DNA from: Bacteroidales bacterium UBA3543
Lineage (GTDB): Bacteria; Bacteroidota; Bacteroidia; Bacteroidales; UBA932
DNA length: 64,000 bases
Direction of reading: 5' to 3'
Assembly: GCA_002376715.1 (NCBI GenBank)
Contig: DFOK01000110.1
Span: 67 to 64,066 of the forward strand
In this document: positions 9,145 to 17,313 of the stretch, piece by piece
Numbering within the stretch: the first letter of the stretch is position 1
Layout of the letters: every line of letters starts with the position of its first letter
The notes under the pieces: generated by a model
Seen by the model: only the letters and a program-made list of their open reading frames with translations
What the model was told of the DNA's origin: nothing
The model's database searches: none
Program-made: the position numbers and the translations under genes

Positions 9145-9351
9145 ATCTTGCGTTTCATAATTCAAAAACACCAAAACGCGATTATCGGTAATGCAATTGT
9201 AGCTATTTCCCTAAATAAATCAAATTAGTGCATTGTTTGCAAAAAGCAGACATAGATTTTTTTTTATTAAAAAAGTATCTATCTTTATCCACTGAAACTC
9301 AATCTTTTAACGGGGACTATTTTTTAAACTTTTGCCAAATAATAAACAGCT

Positions 9352-10857
9352 ATGAAACTCAAACTACTTATTTCGGCACTCCTAGCCCTATTGGTGGCGG
9401 GCTGCACGCACAATATTAATCTTCCCGAGCCTGTTGAAGGAGAGGGAAAGATGGTTACCATACGCGCAACGATCCCACCGGAGACCCGCGTAGCGTACGA
9501 TGACGGCACACGCACACTCTCATGGCAGGACGGTGACCAGCTCCTGCTGGTAGGATATGATGACAACGGTGCCTATAAAGGACATAATGTCTTTACATTT
9601 CAAACAGGAAGCAGCGGTAATTTTACGGGAAATGCCGTATCAGGGGCTACAAAATACAAAGCCTATTATCCGGGAAATGTCATCACGCTGGACCTAAACG
9701 GCAACTTAAAACCTCTTCTCGCCAATTTCTGGCAACAGACACAGAACGGAAACAATTCTACTGCACACCTTCGCGATAAAATCCTCATGTATGACGAGAC
9801 TGCCAATCCCCTCAACGAAACTTTCAACTTGGCTTTGAAGAGCAGCATTATCAAATTTAATCTCCAAAACGTGCCGGCCAACGTGGGAACACTAGTCAAC
9901 CTGATTTGGATTGTAGAGAATGAACCGGGAGTGAATAAACATTTGAGGCTTGATGTAACCGGTGTAACCTTCTCTACCGCCCAGGACAATATCACCGCGT
10001 TCCTCGCTTTTGACCCCACCGTGACACAGGTCGCTGCAAACGGAAAGGTGAGAATATCACTAATTGGGGAGCAGACGTATGTGTGGACGAGCGGCACCTT
10101 AACGGAAGGAAAGAACTACTCCGTAGGAAATCGCTACACAGGTAGTGTAAATAGCGGTTGGGTAAGGGTAATCAACCCGCTCAGCTACGTTGCCGCATAT
10201 AATGTAAATCCTGACGGTACCGGCTTTGACAATAATCTGACAGCCTGCAATGTGAGCGGTCACTTTACTTGGAATGCTGCAAGGGCTATCAATATTCCCT
10301 GTTATTACCTGCCGAGCAATGAAGAATGGATGAGTATTGTGCCGAAGCGAGGTAACTACGTTTATGTTGACTTCGATAGCATGGCTCCCAAGCCATATGA
10401 TAATATTACTGAAAACGTCATAGTTCAAGGAGCGAACATTACTATGACCAGCGATTTTCGCAATTATTCTAGGCTTTGTTATGCCCTTCGTTACCAGGGT
10501 ACCGGTATGGTCTCTGCTTGGAAGTATGAGTATAAAAACTATAATACTAATAATTGTCATATGAAGATTACTTGTCGTAGTGTAGCAGCATCGACAAGCA
10601 TTGATGATATCGCCAACGAGGCTTTCTGGAGTACCGGTAACGGGAACGATGTGGTTCGATATTTCCCTGCCGGCGGTAGCCTTAGTAACCAGTACGGATA
10701 CCAGATGAGAGGCTCTAGTGGCCTTTTTTGGTCTTCTACTGAGGCTGAAAACAATAGCGATTACGCTTTGATTATGGTATTCGGTCCATTCAATGCTGTA
10801 TCCAATAGAGCAACCCTAAAGTCTGAGCAGTATACTGTCCGTTTGTTTACCAATTAA
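9352..10857 (+). CDS. Surface lipoprotein: fimbrillin-like N-terminal region plus C-terminal FISUMP (Fibrobacter succinogenes major paralogous) domain
   Basis: 501 aa with lipobox LLALLVAGC. SWQDGDQLLL-type motif as in fimbrillin-like proteins. The C-terminus (YYLPSNEEWMSIV ... FPAGG ... GLFWSSTE ... YTVRLF) matches the FISUMP pattern. Confidence 0.65.
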   Translation: MKLKLLISALLALLVAGCTHNINLPEPVEGEGKMVTIRATIPPETRVAYDDGTRTLSWQDGDQLLLVGYDDNGAYKGHNVFTFQTGSSGNFTGNAVSGATKYKAYYPGNVITLDLNGNLKPLLANFWQQTQNGNNSTAHLRDKILMYDETANPLNETFNLALKSSIIKFNLQNVPANVGTLVNLIWIVENEPGVNKHLRLDVTGVTFSTAQDNITAFLAFDPTVTQVAANGKVRISLIGEQTYVWTSGTLTEGKNYSVGNRYTGSVNSGWVRVINPLSYVAAYNVNPDGTGFDNNLTACNVSGHFTWNAARAINIPCYYLPSNEEWMSIVPKRGNYVYVDFDSMAPKPYDNITENVIVQGANITMTSDFRNYSRLCYALRYQGTGMVSAWKYEYKNYNTNNCHMKITCRSVAASTSIDDIANEAFWSTGNGNDVVRYFPAGGSLSNQYGYQMRGSSGLFWSSTEAENNSDYALIMVFGPFNAVSNRATLKSEQYTVRLFTN

Positions 10858-10887
10858 TCAGGCCTATTGCCTGATATATGGCTTAAT

Positions 10888-10938
10888 CCTCGGGGTGGGG
10901 ATTGGGGCTTTGGCACCACGCACCTCGTACTACAAATG
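10888..10938. repeat. Composite member of the post-stop element family (G-tract half plus C/A half)
   Basis: cggggtggggattggggctttgg followed by caccacgcacctcgtactac. Confidence 0.45.
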
Positions 10939-11204
10939 GAAACGAATTAAAATTTTTTATTGCAATTAATTTGTTTAACTTAGTCCGCTGAAACACATAT
11001 AGTTCAACTAGAAATCTTCTCTATGTTTGTGCGACAACGGAATATAAAATTTAGCCAAGTCGAACAATCGTCCGTAAGTCTACTCTATCTCGCTGATATA
11101 GAGTTATTTATTGCCCTCCCCCATTCAAAAATAGGCAGTATTTATACCCGCTACTCGTGTTCTGTTGGCCCCATATAGGTCACAAGACGAACTATTAAAA
11201 ACAA

Positions 11205-11342
11205 ATGACTATGAAAAACAACGAATTCAAATTGGCGGAACATTACGTCGCTCCCGATCTCAAAGTTATCGAAATTGAACTAACCCAAAACATCCTCACG
11301 GCAAGCCTTCCCGACGTTGGGGACGGAGGAGATGCGTGGTAG
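11205..11342 (+). CDS. Unannotated small ORF (45 aa), unknown function
   Basis: ATG at 11205 (second ATG at 11211) to TAG at 11340-11342: MTMKNNEFKLAEHYVAPDLKVIEIELTQNILTASLPDVGDGGDAW. It is below the 60-aa cutoff of the ORF track. The sequence is not low-complexity and has an acidic Gly-rich tail ending in Trp. Confidence 0.4.
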   Translation: MTMKNNEFKLAEHYVAPDLKVIEIELTQNILTASLPDVGDGGDAW

Positions 11343-11462
11343 GTGTGATTAGCTATTTACCGTTAACCATTGGTAATTAGCCGAAAGTGCAACGGATATA
11401 AAACTGAGTAAACAATAAACTAAATTCAAGGTCTTTGGCAAAATTCTCAATCTATCCTATAT

Positions 11463-13792
11463 GGAAGCAGCGGTAATTTTACGGGAAATGCCGTATCTGG
11501 GGCTACAAAATACAAAGCCTATTATCCTGCAGATGCCATCTTCCTGGATCCTAATTATGGTGTGCATTTTGATAAATTATGGCAACAGACACAGAACGGA
11601 AACAATTCTACGGCACATCTAGGCGACAAGCTGTGTTTGTGTGACGAGTCGGGCCACGGTTTAGATCAGCTATTTACATTAGCAGCCAAGAACAATATCC
11701 TAAGACTTAATCTCACCGGCATGCCGGAGTGGTTAGGAACCCTCAAAAGACTGATTTGGACCGTTGAGTACGAAACAGGATGTACTCGATCCACATGCCT
11801 CGATATCACCAACTATACATACACTTCAGGTGACGAACTGATTGCTTACCTCGCTTTTGACCCTACGGTGACGAGGATCATTGCGAACGGAGAGGTAAGA
11901 ATCACGCTGATAGGCGACATGTCGTTCGAGTGGAAAGCCACAACGAACAAGCCGAATGGCATGAACTACGCACAAGGGAATACCCGCTACTACGCTTCAG
12001 TAAGTGATGGTTGGCTTAATGTTGCTCCACTGATGTACACCATCAGAACCAATGACCCAAATACGGAATATGGAATCAAGCAACCATTTGCTTCCTCCAT
12101 AAACCCTTGCCATATGACTATCTACTGGGGAGATGGATCCGAAAACACATTTTTAACACAAAACAGTACACTTTCACCGGAGAGATTTGCTTCGCATAAC
12201 TACACCGGCGTAGGTGATTATACAATTACCATCATTTCCGACCAAGCAGGTGCCGTAAAACAGATGCCGCAAATCACATTTTACGAACATATTGGAAACA
12301 ACTTATACGAAAGCGATACGCTGCTTACAACAGTACTGACCCCTTTCCCCAACATGGAGGCAAATTCTTTCGAAGAATGCTTCTGCGGCTGCAATCAATT
12401 AACCTCCATTCCGGCAGATCTGTTCAGGTTCAATACTCAAGCAACAAATTTCCATGGCTGCTTCTGGCTGTGTACCAAATTAACCTCCATTCCGGCAGAC
12501 TTGTTCCAATACAACGTGTCTGCAGAAAATTTTGCGGGTACATTCTTAGCCTGCTACTCATTAACTGAAATTCCTACGGGATTGTTTGACGACAATACGC
12601 AAGCAACAAATTTCACCCGCTGTTTCGAATATTGTACCTCATTAACTTCTCTTCCTCAGGGATTGTTTGGCTCCAATGCGAATACGCAAGCGACAATTTT
12701 CGAAAGCTGCTTCAAACACTGCATATCATTAACTACTGTTCCTACAGGATTGTTTAGCAACTATTCACAAGCAACAACCTTCGAAAGCTGTTTCCAATAT
12801 TGCCGTTCATTAACGACTCTTCCTCAGGGATTGTTTAGCACAAATACACAAGCAACAAATTTCAGCCTGTGCTTCCATTATTGTACTTCATTAAATAACC
12901 TTCCTACGGATTTGTTTAAATATAATACGCTGGTGACAAATTTCAGCGATTGTTTCTTGCAATGCCACTCATTAACTACTCTTCCTGCGGATTTGTTTAA
13001 GCATAATACGCTGGTGACAAATTTCGACGGATGTTTCTGGGCCTGCGAGAATTTAAACAACATTCCGGTAGATCTGTTCAGATACAACACGGCAGTAACA
13101 ACTTTCTCTTACTGCTTCGCGGGGTGCCTCTCATTAGACAATATTCCGGCAGACCTGTTTAGGGACAATACGGGCGTAATAAGTTTCCACGCATGCTTCG
13201 CTCAATGCACCTCGTTAACTACTATTCCTACGGGATTGTTCAGTGCTAATGCGCAAGTACAAGATTTCGCCAACTGCTTCCGAGAATGCAACTTTACTCA
13301 ACTTCCGGCAGATCTATTCACCGGTAATGGGGCGGCAATATCTTTCAACTTTTGCTTTTACGACTGCCCCGCGTTAACTTCTCTTCCTCAGGGATTGTTT
13401 AGCAATAATACGCAAGCAGAATCCTTCTATGGCTGTTTCAACAACTGCACAGCATTAACTACTCTTCCTGATAACTTGTTTTCAAATAATTTGGTTGCAA
13501 CAAATTTCGAAGACTGCTTCAAAAATTGCACTAAGTTGGTTTTAAAAAGGAAATTTTTCCGCTTCCGCAGGGCAATGACCAAGGTTTTTTTGCGAATAGA
13601 ACAATGCGTTTCGCAAATTGTTTTAACGGTGTAGGTTCGAACTCAGCAGTTCAAGGTACTGCCCCTGAGTTATGGAACTTTTACGGAGGTGGGGGTCAAA
13701 CGGGTCCAACAATATGGGTGATTGAAAACTGTTTCACTAACGCCAATGTAACTAACTACAACGATATTCCTAACTATTGGAAAGGATTATAG
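11463..13792 (+). pseudogene. 5'-truncated, frameshifted paralog of the 9352..10857 lipoprotein, fused to a PKD-like segment and 15 BspA/DUF285-type leucine-rich repeats
   Basis: Homology to gene 9352 begins abruptly at 11463 (64/65 nt identical to 9607-9671). There is no signal peptide and no in-frame ATG; the frame is open only from 11424. The reading frame breaks near 13535-13545, so the ORF track splits it into 11562..13634 and 13604..13792. A hairpin terminator follows the second frame. Confidence 0.6.
12369..13538 (+). repeat. Coding tandem repeat, about 81 bp x 15 (27-aa Cys-containing LRR units)
   Basis: Units of the form F-x-x-C-F-x-x-C-x-S-L-T-x-(I/L)-P-x-x-L-F-x-x-N-T-x-A-T-N. Neighbouring units at about 12895-12955 and 12969-13025 are nearly identical at DNA level. 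Confidence 0.85.
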
Positions 13793-13826
13793 ATCAAAAA
13801 ATCCACCGTGAGGTAGATTTTTTGAT
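13793..13826 (+). terminator. Hairpin terminator after the LRR pseudogene
   Basis: Perfect 11-bp inverted repeat ATCAAAAAATC (13793-13803) / GATTTTTTGAT (13816-13826), starting 1 nt after stop 13790-13792. Confidence 0.65.
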
Positions 13827-13860
13827 AGTTTTGAATTCCAAGTCAGGAGTTGGATATAAA

Positions 13861-13913
13861 CCCGCACCCCGTGCCCCCGCAACTACATACTACCCACTAC
13901 ATACTCGCAACTA
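13861..13913. repeat. G-poor element (ACTACATACTAC type) upstream of the B12 riboswitch promoter
   Basis: cccgcaccccgtgcccccgcaactacatactacccactacatactcgcaac. This is the only copy not oriented with a gene 3' end. Confidence 0.6.
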
Positions 13914-13939
13914 TTTTTTTTCTTTAAAAAGAAATCCTT

Positions 13940-13947
13940 TACCTTTG
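13940..13947 (+). promoter_or_regulatory. Bacteroidetes-type -7 promoter box for the riboswitch-btuB transcript
   Basis: TACCTTTG is an exact TAnnTTTG match, 7 nt upstream of the predicted riboswitch P1 stem. Confidence 0.5.
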
Positions 13948-13953
13948 CATCGT

Positions 13954-14099
13954 AATTGAGGCTAAAGGGAATCCGGTGCGAACCCGGGACTATACCCGTA
14001 GCTGTGAGTTCTGTAATTCCTAAGCTATTCTTTGCCACTGTCCTTTGCGGATGGGAAGGCAGCTCGAAGGAGGAACAAGTCAGAAGACCTGCCTTGATT
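13954..14099 (+). promoter_or_regulatory. Cobalamin (B12) riboswitch
   Basis: Conserved core AAAGGGAATCCGGTGCGAACCCGGGACTATACCCGTAGCTGTGAG, GCCACTG, GGGAAGGC and AAGTCAGAAGACCTGCC. The P1 stem pairs aattgaggc (13954-13962) with gccttgatt (14091-14099). It lies 50 nt upstream of a TonB-dependent receptor gene. Confidence 0.9.
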
Positions 14100-14148
14100 A
14101 TTTGTTGGATTGGAAATCCCGGGTTTGGATTTCATGATTTGTTGTTAA

Positions 14149-16170
14149 ATGCAATACTCCTTCAGGGCATTTTTCAAAACTGTAGTACTTATTGCGGTAG
14201 CATTATTTCTGTTGCCGGCAACTCTTTTTGCCCAAAATAAGAAGCGGGACACAGTAGTAGTGCGTCAACTGGAGGAGTCGCGCATCACATCTGTCACCAA
14301 GCCCTCACCCACTCTTCAGAGCGCACCCGTGCAAGTTATGGATCGTACTGCCATTGAACGTTTGGGAGTACAGGAACTGCACGAAGCAGTCAAAAATCTC
14401 GCAGGTGTCAATATTCGTGACTATGGCGGTATCGGCGGCATCAAGACGGTCTCCATAAGAAGTCTCGGAGCTCAGCATACGGCGGTATCCTACGATGGTA
14501 TTGCGGTATCCGACATACAGAGCGGACAGGTGGACATCGGAAGGTTTTCGCTGGACAATGTGGAGATGATTACTCTCTCCATAGGCCAAAGCGATGAAAT
14601 TTTCAAGTCTGCAAGGTTGTTTGCCTCCGCAGGAACACTCAACATCACCTCGTCAGTACCTGTTTTCGAAGAGTGCGGCACTAATGTCACCGCACGTATG
14701 AGAGTGGGGTCATTCGATACCTATAACCCTTCCCTGCTATTGGAGCAAAGACTGGGAAGCAGGTGGGCGCTCGGAGCGAATGCCGATTGGGTAACCTCCA
14801 AGGGCGATTACCCCTTCATCATCGATAACGGCAGGGAGCTGGAGCATCTGTTGAGAAAAAACAGCGATGTCAATACCCTCAGAGCGGAGATCAATCTCTG
14901 GGGTTCTATCGGCGCTTCCGGCAAATTTTCACTCAAGGCAAGCGGCCTTTCGGGTGAAAGAGGACTCCCCGGTTCGGTGGTTCTTTACAATCAGGATGCA
15001 TTTGAGCGCTTGTGGGACAAAAACGGTTTCGTCCAGGCTTCCTATAATACCACCCTCGGCCAAAAATGGGACCTGAAAAATGTACTCAAATACAACTATG
15101 CCTGGAGCAAATATTACGATGAAAGTCAGCGATATCCCTTGGGGTTTGTAGAAGACCTTTATACTCAGCAGGAGTATTATGGCTCGATAGCTACCCGTTT
15201 CAAGCCTGCAAAGGGAGTGGAATTGACATTTGCGCAGGACCTGTTCTACAACACTCTGGATGCATCAATTCCCGAATGCCCATTTCCCGAAAGGATAAAT
15301 TCACTTACAACTCTAGCGGGAAAATATCAGGGGTCATCTGTAACCATTGTTGCCTCACTTACCAATACATATATAACCGAAAAGGTGCAAAAAGGCGATC
15401 CCGCGCCTAACAGAAACAACCTTTCACCTGCTCTGAGCATCTCCTGGAAGCCCTTCAAGGCCACCAATCTCCGAATCAGAGCCTCATACAAAATGGGATA
15501 CCGTGCACCCACCTTCAATGACCTCTACTATTTGAGAATGGGCAACACCAACCTCAGACCTGAGCGTGCCGACCAGTACAATCTAGGATTAACCTGGAGC
15601 GGCACTCTCGGCAAAGAGGAGTCAGGATGGCTCTCCGCCACTCTGGATGGCTACTACAATAGCGTAGAAGACAAAATTGTGGCCAGACCCACCCTCTTTA
15701 TATGGAAAATGATGAACATAGGCAAAGTGCAGATAGCAGGAGCAGATCTGAGCGTCACTTCCAGGGTTCGGTTCGGCAACAATCACAGCATCACACTCTC
15801 AACCAACGCTTCATACCAGTATGCTGTGGATGTTTCGGACCCCGAGAGCAAAACCTGGCGTCACCAGATTCCCTACACCCCACGCATTTCGGGAGCAGTC
15901 AATCTTGCCTGGAGCAACCACTGGGTCAATCTAAGCTACATCATCTCCTTTGTAGGAGACAAATATTCACTGCCCCCCAATGTGGAGCGCAACCTCATCA
16001 AGGGCTATGCCGAACATACCGTCTCAGCATACAGGGACTTTAACCTGCGCAGAATCTCTTTCCGACTCCAGGGAGAAATAATTAACTTTACCAATAAAAT
16101 GTACGATATCATACAATATTATCCGATGCCCGGACGCAACTTCAGGCTCACATTAAAAATTAAAATATAA
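14149..16170 (+). CDS. btuB: TonB-dependent receptor, vitamin B12 transporter BtuB-like
   Basis: 673 aa with signal peptide and plug-domain motifs (DRTAIERLGV, IRSLGAQHTAVSYDGIAVSD). It sits directly downstream of the cobalamin riboswitch. Confidence 0.85.
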   Translation: MQYSFRAFFKTVVLIAVALFLLPATLFAQNKKRDTVVVRQLEESRITSVTKPSPTLQSAPVQVMDRTAIERLGVQELHEAVKNLAGVNIRDYGGIGGIKTVSIRSLGAQHTAVSYDGIAVSDIQSGQVDIGRFSLDNVEMITLSIGQSDEIFKSARLFASAGTLNITSSVPVFEECGTNVTARMRVGSFDTYNPSLLLEQRLGSRWALGANADWVTSKGDYPFIIDNGRELEHLLRKNSDVNTLRAEINLWGSIGASGKFSLKASGLSGERGLPGSVVLYNQDAFERLWDKNGFVQASYNTTLGQKWDLKNVLKYNYAWSKYYDESQRYPLGFVEDLYTQQEYYGSIATRFKPAKGVELTFAQDLFYNTLDASIPECPFPERINSLTTLAGKYQGSSVTIVASLTNTYITEKVQKGDPAPNRNNLSPALSISWKPFKATNLRIRASYKMGYRAPTFNDLYYLRMGNTNLRPERADQYNLGLTWSGTLGKEESGWLSATLDGYYNSVEDKIVARPTLFIWKMMNIGKVQIAGADLSVTSRVRFGNNHSITLSTNASYQYAVDVSDPESKTWRHQIPYTPRISGAVNLAWSNHWVNLSYIISFVGDKYSLPPNVERNLIKGYAEHTVSAYRDFNLRRISFRLQGEIINFTNKMYDIIQYYPMPGRNFRLTLKIKI

Positions 16171-16189
16171 ATCAAATAACGATAAAAAA

Positions 16190-17311
16190 ATGAAAAGAAC
16201 ACTTCTCAGACTCGCAATTATTGCAGGAGCGGTACTGATTATGTCATCCTCCTCCTGCCTCGACCCCAACAATGGTAAAGAACCTGAAATTCCTCTGACT
16301 ACCATCGGTACCTACATCCTCAACAATGGTAATTTTGGTTCAAACGATGCCAACTTTACGGCTTATAATCCTTACACCAAGGAGCTCAATTACAACATCT
16401 TCGAGCGCAGTAATGAAGGCAGGAAACTCGGTGACACCGCTCAGGATATGATTGCTTTCGGCAGTAAAATTTATATTGCCGTCTACAACTCCGGGGTCAT
16501 TTTCGTAACTGACCTTGAGGGTAAAGTAATCAAGGAGATCAAAACCAAGGCTAAAGGTTCAGCAGCCAATCTATCGCCACGCTTCTTCACCACCTGGGAA
16601 AACTACGTATATGTAACCTTCTACGAGGGTTATGCCGGCAAGATTGACACCACATCCCTAACAGTATCCGCACTTGCAAAAGTCGGTGACAATCCTGAAC
16701 AGATCAAAATTGCAGGTGAAAAACTCTATGTTGCCAATTCAGGTGGTATGAACTATCCCAACTACGGCAAGACTCTCTCTGTACTCAACCCCGTTACCAT
16801 GGATGTGATGAGCGAAGTTAAGGTATCGGACAATCCGGTCTATCTGGAGTCTGACTCAAGAGGTAATCTCTATGTGATATCCATGGGCAACTATAATGAT
16901 GTTCCCTCCTGCCTTCAAATCGTCAACCCCAACAACGACTCCGTTCAGAAACTTGAGCTGGAGGGTATTACTCCCACATTTATCGCCAAAGGTCCGGGCA
17001 ATGCCCTCTATCTTGTAAGCTCGAGTTATGATGCAAATTGGAATCTTATAGCCGATTATTATGTCTTCGATACAAACAAAAAAGAAATCTACGGCAAACT
17101 GATAAAAGATGGAACACGCGTGGAAAATCCCTATTCTCTTTCCGCTGACACACTGCTTACACTTATTTACATAGGCACATCCGACTATGTAACCAACGGA
17201 CAGATGTATGTAATCGATGCCTTTGGACACATGTATCACGCATTTGACACCGGAGGACTCAACCCTATCACCGCATGTCCGGTAACTGCCGGTGGTAAAA
17301 AAGATAAATAA
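16190..17311 (+). CDS. Beta-propeller (YncE/YVTN-like) surface lipoprotein in the BtuG position
   Basis: 373 aa with lipobox IMSSSSC. Repeated propeller-blade motifs (KVGDNPEQIKIAGEKLYVANSGG, KVSDNPVYLESDSRGNLYVISMG). Position immediately after btuB matches the Bacteroides BtuG arrangement. Confidence 0.55.
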   Translation: MKRTLLRLAIIAGAVLIMSSSSCLDPNNGKEPEIPLTTIGTYILNNGNFGSNDANFTAYNPYTKELNYNIFERSNEGRKLGDTAQDMIAFGSKIYIAVYNSGVIFVTDLEGKVIKEIKTKAKGSAANLSPRFFTTWENYVYVTFYEGYAGKIDTTSLTVSALAKVGDNPEQIKIAGEKLYVANSGGMNYPNYGKTLSVLNPVTMDVMSEVKVSDNPVYLESDSRGNLYVISMGNYNDVPSCLQIVNPNNDSVQKLELEGITPTFIAKGPGNALYLVSSSYDANWNLIADYYVFDTNKKEIYGKLIKDGTRVENPYSLSADTLLTLIYIGTSDYVTNGQMYVIDAFGHMYHAFDTGGLNPITACPVTAGGKKDK

Positions 17312-17313
17312 CA

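Noticed and set aside
10857-10875. Possible terminator hairpin ATCAGGC-cttat-GCCTGAT after the FISUMP gene.
   Set aside because: It has only a 7-bp stem overlapping the stop codon, with no T-tract. That is too weak to call on its own.
11023-11178. 51-codon ATG-initiated ORF in the gap after the FISUMP gene.
   Set aside because: The translation (MFVRQRNIKFSQVEQSSVSLLYLADIELFIALPHSK...) has no recognisable features and overlaps a small hairpin (11082-11104). I could not distinguish it from chance.
9607-11527. Diversity-generating retroelement (template/variable repeat pair), given a FISUMP/lectin-like target gene and a duplicated 65-nt block.
   Set aside because: No reverse transcriptase gene is in the window. 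The single mismatch is not part of an adenine-specific pattern. The duplicated block lies in the N-terminal/middle module rather than the C-terminal ligand-binding end.
12369-13538. Regular ~81-bp periodic repeats considered as a possible CRISPR array or satellite.
   Set aside because: The repeats are in frame, encode a coherent LRR protein motif, have no unique spacers, and no cas genes are present.
13956-14240. 94-aa ORF overlapping the leader of btuB.
   Set aside because: It coincides with the cobalamin riboswitch and the btuB signal-peptide region in another frame, so the RNA-element explanation is much stronger.
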